Assembly (NCBI GenBank): GCA_003513005.1
Contig: DOTD01000072.1
Location: 16,108-80,107, forward strand
From: Desulfotomaculum sp.
GTDB taxonomy: Bacteria > Bacillota > Desulfotomaculia > Desulfotomaculales > Nap2-2B
Direction: 5' to 3'
DNA: 64,000 bases
The translations under genes and the position numbers were made by a program. Below are positions 27,293 through 37,539 of this stretch, one piece after another; position 1 is the first letter of the stretch, and the number at the start of each line of letters is the position of its first letter. The notes below the pieces were generated by a model. The model did not search any database and was not told where the DNA came from. It saw only the letters and a program-made list of their open reading frames with translations.

Positions 27293-28720
27293 CTAATTTT
27301 TATTAGTTAAAAATTCATGGATGGATCTGGCTGCGACGCGGCCTGCGCCCATCGCAAGAATAACTGTTGCGGCGCCGGTGACTACATCACCGCCTGCGTA
27401 AACACCCTGTTTTGATGTGGCGCCTGTCTGCAGCTCAGCTACAATGTTGCCCCTTTTGGTAACTTCCAGTCCCTTGGTAGTCCTTGGGACAAGCGGGTTT
27501 GGCCCCTGACCTATGGCTACAACAACAGTATCCACGTCCATGATAAATTCTGAACCCGGGATGGGGACAGGGCTTCGTCTGCCTGAAGCGTCAGGTTCTC
27601 CAAGCTCATACCTCAAGCATTCCATGCTTTTAACAATGCCTTTTTCATCAGCTATTATTTTAACCGGACTGGTTAGGAAGGCAAATTTGACGCCCTCTTC
27701 AATTGCGTGTTCTACTTCTTCATGCCGGGCAGGAAGTTCTTTCTCAGACCGCCTGTATACTATCCAGGATTCTTCCGCACCAAGGCGAAGTGCTGTACGG
27801 GCCGAGTCCATGGCAACGTTTCCGCCGCCTAAAACGGCAACCTTCTTGCCTATCTTAACAGGTGTGTCCCAATCGGGGAACAGGTATGCTTTCATCAGGT
27901 TTACCCTGGTAAGAAATTCGTTGGCCGAGTACACCCCACAGGAATTTTCACCCGGGATGTCCATGAAGTACGGTAGCCCTGCTCCTGTACCGATGTATAT
28001 CGCATTAAAACCTCCTTCGTCGAGAAGCTCATCTATGGTGGCGAACTTGCCGACGACGGAGTTGACTTTTACATCTACACCAATCTTTTTAAGGTTTTGA
28101 ATTTCTGTCTGAACGACTTTCTTGGGCAGCCTGAACTCGGGGATGCCGTACATAAGCACCCCGCCGGGTACGTGCAGGGCTTCGAAAATAGTAACCTGAT
28201 GCCCTAGTTTGGCAAGATCCGCGGCGCAGGTCAGACCTCCCGGGCCGGAACCCACAACAGCTACCTTAAATCCGGTGGGCTGTTCAACTTTGGGTGGAGT
28301 TACTTCCCCGGCAAGTTCCCAATCGGCGCAGAATCTTTCCAGTCTGCCAATTGCCACCGGCTCGTGTTTCTTACCCATTGTACAGACTTGTTCGCACTGG
28401 TTTTCCTGGGGGCAGACACGCCCGCAGATTGCCGGCAGGGCGTTTTTTTCCTTGATTACTCTGATTCCCCCGGCAAAGTCTCCTTCGGAGACGAGCTTTA
28501 TGAAACCGGGTATGTCCACGTCTACCGGGCAGCCTTCCCGGCAGAAAGGTTTTTTGCACTGGATGCACCTTTTTGCTTCGGCAATGGCCATTTCTGTTGT
28601 ATATCCGGTTGCTACTTCACTGAAATTTTTTACGCGGGCGGCGGCGTCCTGTGAGGGCATAGGATGCTTTTTAGGGACGATCTCTTTTTTCTGTTTGACT
28701 GCTTTCTGTTCGGAATCCAT
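27293..28720 (-). CDS. nfnB: GltD-like NAD(P)H-dependent FAD/Fe-S oxidoreductase (NfnB-like)
   Basis: Cys clusters CIQCKKPFCREGCPV, Rossmann VAVVGSGPGGLTCA. Start set at Met7 (TAATG overlap with the upstream gene). Confidence 0.7.
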   Translation of the reverse strand: MDSEQKAVKQKKEIVPKKHPMPSQDAAARVKNFSEVATGYTTEMAIAEAKRCIQCKKPFCREGCPVDVDIPGFIKLVSEGDFAGGIRVIKEKNALPAICGRVCPQENQCEQVCTMGKKHEPVAIGRLERFCADWELAGEVTPPKVEQPTGFKVAVVGSGPGGLTCAADLAKLGHQVTIFEALHVPGGVLMYGIPEFRLPKKVVQTEIQNLKKIGVDVKVNSVVGKFATIDELLDEGGFNAIYIGTGAGLPYFMDIPGENSCGVYSANEFLTRVNLMKAYLFPDWDTPVKIGKKVAVLGGGNVAMDSARTALRLGAEESWIVYRRSEKELPARHEEVEHAIEEGVKFAFLTSPVKIIADEKGIVKSMECLRYELGEPDASGRRSPVPIPGSEFIMDVDTVVVAIGQGPNPLVPRTTKGLEVTKRGNIVAELQTGATSKQGVYAGGDVVTGAATVILAMGAGRVAARSIHEFLTNKN

Positions 28721-29571
28721 TATTGAGCACCTCCGCAATTACAATGTGCTGAAAAACGTTCCATTGCTGCCCGTTCTTCGTTTTGGAAGAAAGCGGACCT
28801 GAGGGCAAGTTCGTTAAAATCAACCTGGTGACCGTCGAATTCCGGGCCGTCCACGCAGACAAACTTTGTTTTTCCGCCGACGGTTACCCTGCAGCAACCG
28901 CACATGCCTGTACCGTCAACCATGAGAGAATTCAGGCTAACGATGGTTTTAATCCCGTATTCCTCGGTTAAACGGCAGCATACTCTCATCATCGGCTGCG
29001 GCCCTATAGCAAGGACCATGGCTATATTGTCTTTTCCCCTGTCTTCGATGATCTCCTTTAAAACATCGGAAACAAAACCTTTCCTTACATAGGAGCCGTC
29101 ATCAGTAGTAATGTAAAGCTCTGATGACGCTTCCCGCATCTTGTCCTCCCAGAATAAGAGCTCCTTGTTCCTTGCTCCGATAATTCCTATGACATGGTTT
29201 CCAGCTTCTTTGAGGGCGCGGGTAATTGGAAATACAGGGGCCACGCCTACTCCTCCACCGACACATACTACGGCGCCGAAATTCTCCACATGCGAGGGTA
29301 ATCCCAGAGGTCCTGCAAGGTCCCTGATCGGATCCCCTATTTCGAGCATACCCATTTGCTTTGTAGTCTTCCCCACTTCCTGAAAGACAAGCGTGATGGT
29401 CCCGTTTTCACGGCTGAAATCGGCAATAGTTAAAGGAATACGTTCACTCTCTTCGCCGATACGCAGGATAATGAACTGTCCTGGCAGGCATTTTTTGGCT
29501 ATTTCAGGCGCTTCGACTACCATAAGTTTAATAACTGGTGAAAGAACCCGCTTGTCCAGTATCTTGGACAT
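28720..29571 (-). CDS. nfnA: FNR-like FAD/NAD-binding subunit with C-terminal 2Fe-2S cysteines (NfnA-like)
   Basis: 283 aa with RIPLTIADF, GGGVGVAP, CGTGMCGCC. Confidence 0.7.
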   Translation of the reverse strand: MSKILDKRVLSPVIKLMVVEAPEIAKKCLPGQFIILRIGEESERIPLTIADFSRENGTITLVFQEVGKTTKQMGMLEIGDPIRDLAGPLGLPSHVENFGAVVCVGGGVGVAPVFPITRALKEAGNHVIGIIGARNKELLFWEDKMREASSELYITTDDGSYVRKGFVSDVLKEIIEDRGKDNIAMVLAIGPQPMMRVCCRLTEEYGIKTIVSLNSLMVDGTGMCGCCRVTVGGKTKFVCVDGPEFDGHQVDFNELALRSAFFQNEERAAMERFSAHCNCGGAQ

Positions 29572-29625
29572 AAATTTCTTCTCTCCATTCCCTTTTATTT
29601 TTTATTATAATTTATGCCAAGTTAT

Positions 29626-30045
29626 TTATGTACAGGTTAAATATTCGCACGGGGATTCGACTATCTTGCCCAGGACTCCGTTTACAAACCTGCCGGAGTC
29701 GTCCGTACCAAAAATTTTGGCCAGTTCAATTGCCTCGTTAAGGGATACGCTTCCGGGGATATCTTCGCAGTAGAATATTTCAAAAAGGGCCATGCGCATT
29801 ATATTGCGATCCACTGTGGCCATACGCCCTAAATCCCAATCGCGGCTGACACTGGCTATTGCTTTATCGAGGTTTTTTATGTTTTGAAGTGTTCCGAAGA
29901 CAATTCTGCGGATGAATTCTATGCTTTCCTGATTAAGATTCTTCCCCTGGATAGTGTATTGAAAAGCTGTTTCGGGAGACGCCTGGCCCAGGTCAATTTG
30001 AAATAGGATCTGTAAAGCGAGTTCTCTGGCCTGCCTTCTCTTCAT
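29626..30045 (-). CDS. nusB: Transcription antitermination factor NusB
   Basis: 139 aa starting RRQARELALQILFQIDL. Confidence 0.9.
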   Translation of the reverse strand: MKRRQARELALQILFQIDLGQASPETAFQYTIQGKNLNQESIEFIRRIVFGTLQNIKNLDKAIASVSRDWDLGRMATVDRNIMRMALFEIFYCEDIPGSVSLNEAIELAKIFGTDDSGRFVNGVLGKIVESPCEYLTCT

Positions 30046-30060
30046 CTGCAGCTCCCTTGT

Positions 30061-30279
30061 TTAATCTTTACGGAATATACTGTAAAAGATATCTCTTATT
30101 CCCAGGTTTTCATCAAGGCGCTTTCCTACATAGTAGCCAATCCCCATGCAGATTGCCACAAAAATAGACTTTATAATTCCGTATTTGATTACCAGCCAGC
30201 CAAAGATCAGTCCTATAACAATCCCTGTTGCCTTGCCGCGGTGTCTGCTTAGGAAATCAATAATATCGGCCAGATTCAT
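30061..30279 (-). CDS. Small membrane protein (DUF2273-like)
   Basis: 72 aa with two TM segments, last gene of the asp23-amaP-type cluster. Confidence 0.6.
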   Translation of the reverse strand: MNLADIIDFLSRHRGKATGIVIGLIFGWLVIKYGIIKSIFVAICMGIGYYVGKRLDENLGIRDIFYSIFRKD

Positions 30280-30310
30280 TATCGGCGCCCCTTAAATAAA
30301 AATAAATCAA

Positions 30311-30841
30311 TCACTCTACACGCAGTTTACCGGCTGAAATACTGTGAACTAGAAATTCGACCTGCTGTACAGTGATTCCTGTTACAGAAAGAACCCTTTC
30401 CTTTACCTGTTCCTGGACGGTGTCGGACACTTCCGGAATACTTATGTCAGGTGTCACTGCAGCTTTAATCCGTATTCCAATTCCCTGAGGCCGGTTAAAA
30501 ACCTGTGCTTTAACCTCGCGGATGCCGTTGTTCTGTGAGACAACTTTTTCTGCGAGACTCTCTATCGCACCCAGTGCAATATGTACATTTCCAAGTTTGC
30601 TTTCATAGACGACAGCCTGTTCCCGGGCTGGTTTTATATTAACCCACAGGAGGCGAATTCCGGCAATGATAAACAAGCCCAGCAGTAAAATGATTACTGC
30701 CGGCTGTTGAACTGACTGCAATAACCGGGGCTGATTTTGGCTAATCTGCAGCCAACCGGCAAAGAAAGGAACCGCAGCCAAAAATATAGCTGTCAGAATA
30801 AAAGTATACAAAAACAGCAGAAAGCGGTCGAAAGGCCGCAA
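30311..30841 (-). CDS. AmaP-like alkaline-shock membrane anchor protein
   Basis: 176 aa with two N-terminal TM helices, position directly after asp23. Confidence 0.55.
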   Translation of the reverse strand: MRPFDRFLLFLYTFILTAIFLAAVPFFAGWLQISQNQPRLLQSVQQPAVIILLLGLFIIAGIRLLWVNIKPAREQAVVYESKLGNVHIALGAIESLAEKVVSQNNGIREVKAQVFNRPQGIGIRIKAAVTPDISIPEVSDTVQEQVKERVLSVTGITVQQVEFLVHSISAGKLRVE

Positions 30842-30855
30842 TTTAATAAGCCTCC

Positions 30856-31251
30856 CTATTTTGTCCGCAGTTCGTCTTCCTTGTCCGAATTGCTGAACGA
30901 AACTCCCTGTATATGAACATTCACTTCTATTACATTCAAGCCGGTCATATCGTTAACTGCTTTTTTTACTTTTTGCTGAATTTCTGATGCAATGTCCGGT
31001 ATCTTTGCGCCATAATCAACTATGACATAAATATCTACCGCCGCTTCCTTCTCTCCGACTTCAACCTTTACACCTTTAGAAAGGTTTTTGCGTCCCAGGA
31101 TTTCGGCAATACCGCCGGCCAAGCCCCCGCTCATACCGGCAACTCCCTGCACTTCAGTTGCGGCAAGGCCGGCAATTATTCTAACAACTTCGTCGGCGAT
31201 CCGGATAGAACCGATGCTTGTCTGTTCCTCCCTGACAACAATATCTTCCAT
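30856..31251 (-). CDS. Asp23/Gls24-family alkaline shock protein
   Basis: 131 aa with IADEVVRIIAGLAATEVQGVAGMSG. Confidence 0.8.
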   Translation of the reverse strand: MEDIVVREEQTSIGSIRIADEVVRIIAGLAATEVQGVAGMSGGLAGGIAEILGRKNLSKGVKVEVGEKEAAVDIYVIVDYGAKIPDIASEIQQKVKKAVNDMTGLNVIEVNVHIQGVSFSNSDKEDELRTK

Positions 31252-31352
31252 TATTTTTGCCTCCTTAGAAAAAATTTAGCCCAATCCTCCCAAAAAAGGA
31301 CATATTAATTATAACAAAGATAGCAGATCCGCGCAACCATTTGTGTCAGGGT

Positions 31353-31934
31353 TTAATCTTTGGCAAGGATGATAATATTCTGTCCCTCCACTCCGGTACC
31401 CCAGGTAACTAACTGACGGATTCCCTCTTCGTCCTGAGGTGATAGCGAAGCAGCCTGTACTATTATAGTAATCTTATTATTTCCTTTAAGACAGACTGTG
31501 CTGTCACGGAATCCGCGGGCGCTGATCAGGTGCTCAAGTTCGCTTTCTCTGGCCAGTTTTTCACTTAAAAAGAGGAGTTTTTCCTGAGCCTCCTGCCGTG
31601 TCTGGGAACTTGACGAAGGGTTGTCGATAATATCATGCAGCAGTTCAATCTGTCTGCCGTTTGTGCGTTCTCTGTCCAAACGATACTCAATAAAAAACTC
31701 CGAACTGCTGTCGTTTGAGGTGGCTTGAAATTGGTCAGCGTTTAAGACTAATGGCTCGCCTGCAACGTTTGTTTCCTTACTGGCAACGTCGGCCTGAGGA
31801 ACTGTATTTTCAGGCTGTCCCATTTTAGCAAGTTTACCCGGCAGGTTAAGACAGCATGCCGCCAGCAGGCATATCCCTAATATAAGCGCTGCGATTATGT
31901 AGATTGTTTTCTTGTTAATCACCAGTGAGTACAT
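31353..31934 (-). CDS. spoIIIAH: Stage III sporulation protein AH
   Basis: 193 aa with one N-terminal TM, FFIEYRLDRERTNGRQIELL, last gene of the operon. Confidence 0.8.
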   Translation of the reverse strand: MYSLVINKKTIYIIAALILGICLLAACCLNLPGKLAKMGQPENTVPQADVASKETNVAGEPLVLNADQFQATSNDSSSEFFIEYRLDRERTNGRQIELLHDIIDNPSSSSQTRQEAQEKLLFLSEKLARESELEHLISARGFRDSTVCLKGNNKITIIVQAASLSPQDEEGIRQLVTWGTGVEGQNIIILAKD

Positions 31935-31951
31935 TTTTTTCGCCTCCTTGA

Positions 31952-32572
31952 TTATGATTTGGGCAGCACAAGCACTTTCTGCGGTTCTATTCCCAGGGCA
32001 ACCTGGACGGCTTCGAATAGCCGGGCTTTTATTTCGGAATTTTTTGCGCCCTGGGCAACTACCAGGACGCCCGCCACTTTTGATGAGCCTGTTTGTTCAA
32101 CTACTGCAGTTTCTTCCTGGCCGTTTCTGGTAAAGACGAGCTGTCCGCTATCGGTATATTCGGTTATAGACCTGACACCTCCAACCTGATCTTTCTCTTC
32201 GGTCGTTTTTTTACTACTGTTTGTGTTGACTGCATATTTGTCATGCTCAGAGGAGGCTAATCTTACAGTTACGTCAAGGTCCCCAACTCCTTCAATTTCT
32301 TTTAAGATATTTTTCAAATCGGCGGCCAGTGTTTTCTCTTCACTTTCTATAACAGAACGGTCATTGGTTTGAAGAACCTGATGATCAGTGTTTTCAGCTG
32401 CTTTTCCGGGTGTTTTGTCTGTCTTGCCGTTATTTCCGATAATTAAAAGAAGGATTGCAAAAGCAATTATTAAAGTCAGCCAAATAATTTTTTGTTTCTG
32501 TAATTTAGGAGGGTAGTCCCCGCTTTTTAATGATCCGAAAATGTTGTTCAGGTATTCTTTAAAACCTGTCAT
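31952..32572 (-). CDS. spoIIIAG: Stage III sporulation protein AG
   Basis: 206 aa with one N-terminal TM; assigned by size and position in the operon. Confidence 0.8.
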   Translation of the reverse strand: MTGFKEYLNNIFGSLKSGDYPPKLQKQKIIWLTLIIAFAILLLIIGNNGKTDKTPGKAAENTDHQVLQTNDRSVIESEEKTLAADLKNILKEIEGVGDLDVTVRLASSEHDKYAVNTNSSKKTTEEKDQVGGVRSITEYTDSGQLVFTRNGQEETAVVEQTGSSKVAGVLVVAQGAKNSEIKARLFEAVQVALGIEPQKVLVLPKS

Positions 32573-32594
32573 AGCTTAAATCCTCCTCCTCCTC

Positions 32595-32649
32595 CTCTGA
32601 AAACTACTTTACATTAGGGAGGTCACTGTCTGCGTGTGTTCATGTTCGC
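32595..32649 (+). repeat. Intergenic repeat, module 1 copy inside the spoIIIA operon
   Basis: ctctgaaaactactttacattagggaggtcactgtctgcgtgtgttcatgttcgc. Confidence 0.8.
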
Positions 32650-32656
32650 TTGTTTT

Positions 32657-33307
32657 TCATTCTTCCAAAATAATTATCTGCTCAGGTGAAAGGCTGTAGA
32701 AGTCTGTCAGTATTTTTACCAGCTTGTCTTTTGTCTGGATTGAAATTTGCGATCCTTTTTTTTGATCATTTGTATCATCAGTTCCTGAATCAGGGGCATT
32801 TTCCCCGGTTTTTATTTCAACAGGCCTGACAATAGATTTATTTTTGACTTCCGTAGAGGAGTCATTGTTCTTAAGTCGCAGGATTATCTTTTTTATCTGC
32901 CCTAGTTTTGGGCTGTCAGGTTCATCATATATTTGGACCTGTGCAGAAACAACTTCAATGTCCGATCTGATACCAACCAGTGCGCTTACCTGGCGGGCAA
33001 GCGACTTACGGTATCTCTCCTGGGCTTGTTCGCTTTGATCTTTGTTAAGATTCTCACCCGCCGCCGTAATTTCTCCTAAGCTGGGGAATTCCAGATTCTC
33101 CGCATCGATGGCTTGTTCGGGCAGCGACTGCTGCCAATTGCTATTGGCCAGGCTGCTAACCGCCTGAAGCACAGCCACGATAATCAGAAGGCCCATGACG
33201 AGCCTGATATATCGTCTAAGATCGCTTTGGGGGAGAAACATTTCTAGGAAAACAGCAAGCATAATTATCACGATTAAATTTTGAACAAGCAAACGGATAG
33301 ATTCCAT
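32657..33307 (-). CDS. spoIIIAF: Stage III sporulation protein AF
   Basis: 216 aa with two N-terminal TM helices; assigned by operon position. Confidence 0.8.
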   Translation of the reverse strand: MESIRLLVQNLIVIIMLAVFLEMFLPQSDLRRYIRLVMGLLIIVAVLQAVSSLANSNWQQSLPEQAIDAENLEFPSLGEITAAGENLNKDQSEQAQERYRKSLARQVSALVGIRSDIEVVSAQVQIYDEPDSPKLGQIKKIILRLKNNDSSTEVKNKSIVRPVEIKTGENAPDSGTDDTNDQKKGSQISIQTKDKLVKILTDFYSLSPEQIIILEE

Positions 33308-33335
33308 TATTTCATCCCTGGCTTAAGATTATTTT

Positions 33336-34556
33336 TCAGCGCAGCATAACCGTCATGTTGCCGACGCCGATAAGTATGGTAATAGAGAAAAAGAACAGCA
33401 GGCCAACGACGCCGACAGCGGCAAAAACCAGGAGCAGGCTTGAACCCATCTCATTTAGGCAGTTCACCACCTGCCCCTCCGCTACGGGTTGCACCAGCGC
33501 CCCGGCCAGCTTGTAGATGAAGGACAGGCTGATGATTTTAAGCATCGGCAGGCCCATAATCAGGAAGATTGAGATCATCCCGGCTATTCCTGCAGCATTT
33601 TTAATCAATAGCGAGGAACTTACGACGGACTCCAGGGCGTCTGAGAACATACCCCCGACAACAGGTATGAAAGCATCTATAGCAAATTTGGCCGTTCTTA
33701 AGGTTACCCCGTCGCCAACTGCTCCGGCTACGCCCTGTATGGCCAGAACTCCCAGAAAAATCGTGCTGAATATCCCCAACAGGCCCATGGCCACAGTTTT
33801 TAAAAGGCTGGCCAGCCGGGAGACTTTAAAATTAGCGGAAAGATTATCCACAATTCCCAAAACTGCGCTGAAAAAAATCAAAGGCAGCACAACATTCTTG
33901 GTCAAGGTCCCAATGACGGTCAGGCTGATTAGAATTACCGGGTGGAAAATTGCCGCTGAAGCTACTCCTCCCATAGCAACAAGCAGCGTAAGCAGAAGAG
34001 GCATAATTGCCTGCATAAAGGAAACCATCCGGTCGATCAGTTCCCTGCCTGTGTTTATAGCCAGGGCGAAGGAGCCGATTGCAATAGTTGACAGCACCAG
34101 ATAAACAACAAGGTAGCTTAACTGCCCGGTAGTTCCCCTGTCGAAAGCGCTGGTCAGGTTATGCAGCACGGCGCAGATCATTGTTAAGACAATCAGCCTG
34201 CCGAGCAATGAAGTATTGGCTACGATTTCTTTAAACAGGTATTTCAACAGATTGTTGAAAACCTCAGCAGGTTTCCACGAAACATCGCCTCTGATAATTT
34301 TAAAAAACATGTCTTTAAAGCTTAAACCCGGAACAGCAGACTTTATATCCGTATCAACCCGGTCAATATATTTTTCTACCTCACGAAGGTTAAGCTCGGA
34401 TTCCTGCTGATTGCTTTCAGCAATATTGGCCGGTCCTTGAAGAATGCTTCCTTCTTGACCAACTGTGGCAGTCTGGTCGAACGCATAAGCTAACGGAACG
34501 GGCAGCAGATAGAAAAAGAATAAAAGCAAGAGCGCTGAAAGCTTTGTAAAGTTCAA
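33336..34556 (-). CDS. spoIIIAE: Stage III sporulation protein AE
   Basis: 406 aa polytopic membrane protein with signal peptide; assigned by operon position. Confidence 0.85.
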   Translation of the reverse strand: MNFTKLSALLLLFFFYLLPVPLAYAFDQTATVGQEGSILQGPANIAESNQQESELNLREVEKYIDRVDTDIKSAVPGLSFKDMFFKIIRGDVSWKPAEVFNNLLKYLFKEIVANTSLLGRLIVLTMICAVLHNLTSAFDRGTTGQLSYLVVYLVLSTIAIGSFALAINTGRELIDRMVSFMQAIMPLLLTLLVAMGGVASAAIFHPVILISLTVIGTLTKNVVLPLIFFSAVLGIVDNLSANFKVSRLASLLKTVAMGLLGIFSTIFLGVLAIQGVAGAVGDGVTLRTAKFAIDAFIPVVGGMFSDALESVVSSSLLIKNAAGIAGMISIFLIMGLPMLKIISLSFIYKLAGALVQPVAEGQVVNCLNEMGSSLLLVFAAVGVVGLLFFFSITILIGVGNMTVMLR

Positions 34557-34568
34557 CCGTCTTCACCT

Positions 34569-34955
34569 CTAAGGGACTAATTTTAATAATGCCTGTAAAA
34601 CTGCCGCTACAATAGGCACGGCTAAAATGAGCACAAGTATTTTGGCGGCGAACTCTATTTTAACCGCAAGCGCTCCCTCGCCGGCGTCCCTGCAAATCTG
34701 CGAGCCAAAATCCGCTATATAGGCAATCGCGATGATCTTTAAAATGGTTGCCAGATAAACTGTGCTTAAATTTGCCCGGTTGGATAGTTCCCTGAGAACG
34801 TCAATGACGGACCCAATCTTTCCGATAACCGTCAGAAAGATGATGATTCCGGTGGCGATGCTCAAGCCGATGGCAATCTCCGGCTTGCTCTGACGGATGG
34901 TAACCGCCAGAACTGCCGCAACTATTCCAATCCCCACAATCTGCATAATTTCCAA
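34569..34955 (-). CDS. spoIIIAD: Stage III sporulation protein AD
   Basis: 128 aa with about 4 TM helices; assigned by operon position. Confidence 0.85.
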   Translation of the reverse strand: MEIMQIVGIGIVAAVLAVTIRQSKPEIAIGLSIATGIIIFLTVIGKIGSVIDVLRELSNRANLSTVYLATILKIIAIAYIADFGSQICRDAGEGALAVKIEFAAKILVLILAVPIVAAVLQALLKLVP

Positions 34956-34974
34956 GGTGTTCCTCTCCTTGAGG

Positions 34975-35181
34975 CTAAAAAAGTTTAAAAACCGATTTTA
35001 CCTGTTCGAAGAAAACTCCCAGGAGCTGAACTACCCAGAACAGGACGATGCCCAGGCCTGCAAGCGTTGCAATTAAGGCGTATTCTTCCTTGTTAGAACA
35101 TTTGAGGACATACTGGGCTGCAGCGACCAAGATTCCTATGCCAACGATTTTAAAAACGATGTTGATATCAAACCCTGTCAT
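34975..35181 (-). CDS. spoIIIAC: Stage III sporulation protein AC
   Basis: 68 aa with 2 TM helices; assigned by operon position. Confidence 0.85.
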   Translation of the reverse strand: MTGFDINIVFKIVGIGILVAAAQYVLKCSNKEEYALIATLAGLGIVLFWVVQLLGVFFEQVKSVFKLF

Positions 35182-35193
35182 TTAAATCCCCTC

Positions 35194-35712
35194 CTAATAA
35201 AAGATAAGTACTATCACCAGGCCTCCCAGGAAGCCAATGTAATTCCATAATTTAACATGCTGCAGGGCGCTGATTTCGGCCTTTTTCAGCTCTGCTTCAA
35301 TTTGTTCCATGGCCAGACTGAGGTGTTTGCTCTGCCCGGAACTGTCTGAAATTCCGAGGGCTCCGCCAAGGCTGCGCAGGATGGCCATATCACAGCCAAT
35401 CAGAGACGAATGGGGATAAAATTCCAAAAGCGCCTTTTCCCATGCCTCCCTTGCCGTACATCCCGACATGGATAATAATTCCTTGCGGGTTTCCTCAAAT
35501 AAAGGCGCCAGCCGGTAATCCGTCCTGGACGCAACCAGGCCGAGCGCTTCGGCTAAAGGCGTAGCGGCATAGGTAATCTCTGTTTCCAGCATCTGCAGGG
35601 CTGATTTTAAAGAACGCAGTTCGACCGGTCTTAAGGAATAACTCCTGGCAACCAACATTCCGCAGATGCCGCCGGCCGAAACAATTACAAGGCAGGCAAT
35701 AGTTTTAAGCAT
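35194..35712 (-). CDS. spoIIIAB: Stage III sporulation protein AB
   Basis: 172 aa; assigned by operon position. Confidence 0.85.
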   Translation of the reverse strand: MLKTIACLVIVSAGGICGMLVARSYSLRPVELRSLKSALQMLETEITYAATPLAEALGLVASRTDYRLAPLFEETRKELLSMSGCTAREAWEKALLEFYPHSSLIGCDMAILRSLGGALGISDSSGQSKHLSLAMEQIEAELKKAEISALQHVKLWNYIGFLGGLVIVLIFY

Positions 35713-36737
35713 TGTTCCACCTCTTTTGCGGGCAGCGGAAGCATCGTTCTGCCGTCGATAATTTCCTCTATAGTTCCAACATTTTTTGAACGGCCCAATA
35801 AGACAAAACGTGCGATTACTTTCATATTCAGGAGATTGCGCAGGGCCGGCCTCTGGTTGAGTTCCGCAAAAGAAGCCGCGTGAACGGTTGTAAGCACTTT
35901 TACTCCGGCGTTAAAGACTCCTTCCAAAGCGGCAAAGTCCTCGTCCGTACCAATCTCATCCGTAGCAATTACACGCGGCGCCATGGAGCGCAGGAGCATG
36001 AACATTCCTTCCGCCTTGCGGCATCCGTCCAGGATATCCGTGCGGATTCCCACTTCCCGCTGGGGCACACCCTGGAAGCAGCCCGCCAGTTCGGATCGTT
36101 CATCAACCACGCCGATTACTGCTCCCCTGAAATTCAGTTCGGGGATGCCGTTGCTTAATTGCCTGATGACATCCCTTAATATGGTGGTTTTCCCGCAGCG
36201 GGGCGGGGAAAAAATAAGGGTGTTGAGGACGCTTCCGGATTTCTGATCAATTATAAAAGGAAGCAGAGGAGAGGCGGCGCCCTTGACCTCCCGGGAGATC
36301 CTTATATTAAGTCCGGAGATGTATTTGAGTGTCCTGACCCGTCCGTTTTCAAGGACTGTTTTTCCTGTTAAACCAACCCTGTGTCCACCGGGCAAAGTTA
36401 TAAAACCGTTCTTCAGTTCTTCCTCAAAAGCATATAAAGAACAGCCGCTGATTAACTGGGTAACCCGCTGTATATCATCAGCCGTAACTAAATAACAATC
36501 ACGGGGGGCAGCTGCGGGCTTTCCGCTATTATCAAGGAGAATATCCCCATCAGCCAAACCCAGGATTAAAGGCCTGTTCTGCCGGAGGCGTATTTCTTCA
36601 AGTTTTTCAAGAATATTCAAAGGCAGGCCGGTAATCATGCTGCGTATACTGGCCGGCAGTACCGGTATGATTTCCTGCCAGGGGGAGGGGTTTATAAAAA
36701 CCCGGCAACTGTCTGAAGAGTAAAATACGCGGCTCAC
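35685..36737 (-). CDS. spoIIIAA: Stage III sporulation protein AA (secretion-type ATPase)
   Basis: 350 aa, GTG start with GGGGGG RBS, Walker A SPPRCGKTT. Confidence 0.85.
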   Translation of the reverse strand: MSRVFYSSDSCRVFINPSPWQEIIPVLPASIRSMITGLPLNILEKLEEIRLRQNRPLILGLADGDILLDNSGKPAAAPRDCYLVTADDIQRVTQLISGCSLYAFEEELKNGFITLPGGHRVGLTGKTVLENGRVRTLKYISGLNIRISREVKGAASPLLPFIIDQKSGSVLNTLIFSPPRCGKTTILRDVIRQLSNGIPELNFRGAVIGVVDERSELAGCFQGVPQREVGIRTDILDGCRKAEGMFMLLRSMAPRVIATDEIGTDEDFAALEGVFNAGVKVLTTVHAASFAELNQRPALRNLLNMKVIARFVLLGRSKNVGTIEEIIDGRTMLPLPAKEVEQCLKLLPAL

Positions 36738-36810
36738 CTGTTTGTCCCCCCTTCTTATATTTCATAAATATGGGATCGGAGGGTATTTTAGACCTATATG
36801 TTTTTAACGC

Positions 36811-36841
36811 AAAAAAAAGGACCAAATCTGAATTGGTCCTT
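36811..36841 (-). terminator. Rho-independent terminator after efp
   Basis: Minus strand: AAGGACCAA-ttcagat-TTGGTCCTT followed by TTTTTTTT. Confidence 0.65.
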
Positions 36842-36917
36842 GACAGGGATTTATTTCGGTTAGCGAGTCTTTATATGAAATTTACTTGTCTGGGGGTCTT
36901 AAACATCTTAAGCCGCT

Positions 36918-37475
36918 TTATGCTCTTTTCAGGTACTGCCCTGTTCTTGTATCAATTTGAAGAATGTCCCCGGCATTAATGAAAAAGGGAACCTGAACAG
37001 TGTAGCCGGTTTCCAGGACAGCCGGCTTGGATCCGCCGGAAGCTGTATCGCCTTTTATGCCGGGTGTTGTTTCGACAACTTCCAGCTCGACAAAATTGGG
37101 CAAATCGATGCCGATTGAAGTACCCTGAAACATCAATACGTTTATCGTCATATTTTCCTTGATAAACTTAACTGCCTCACCCAGTTCCTCTTTGCTCAAT
37201 GAAATCTGTTCAAAAGTCTCCATGTCCATAAAAAAATAATTATTATCGTCATTGTACAGATACTGAGCCGAGCGCCTTTCCACGTGTGCACGCGGTATTT
37301 TTTCCCCCGCGTTAAAAGTTCTTTCAACAGTCGATCCGGTGCGCAGGTTCTTGATCTTGCAACGAACAAAAGCTGCTCCCTTTCCGGGCTTTACATGCTG
37401 AAAGTCAATCACCTGATAAACGTCGCCGTCAATATTGATCGTCAGGCCTGTCCGAAAATCATTGGTGGAAATCAA
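36918..37475 (-). CDS. efp: Elongation factor P
   Basis: 185 aa with [14 protein letters not shown]. Confidence 0.95.
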   Translation of the reverse strand: MISTNDFRTGLTINIDGDVYQVIDFQHVKPGKGAAFVRCKIKNLRTGSTVERTFNAGEKIPRAHVERRSAQYLYNDDNNYFFMDMETFEQISLSKEELGEAVKFIKENMTINVLMFQGTSIGIDLPNFVELEVVETTPGIKGDTASGGSKPAVLETGYTVQVPFFINAGDILQIDTRTGQYLKRA

Positions 37476-37539
37476 GGTTTTCGCCTCCTTTCACTTCTGC
37501 TGCAAAATACCTGTTTGTTCTAAGAATTTTATAAGATTA

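Noticed and set aside
36738-36810. Sigma-E-type promoter upstream of spoIIIAA
   Set aside because: CATAT-like elements are present, but their spacing (about 21 nt) does not fit the sigma-E consensus spacing I remember. I cannot support a call without alignment to relatives.
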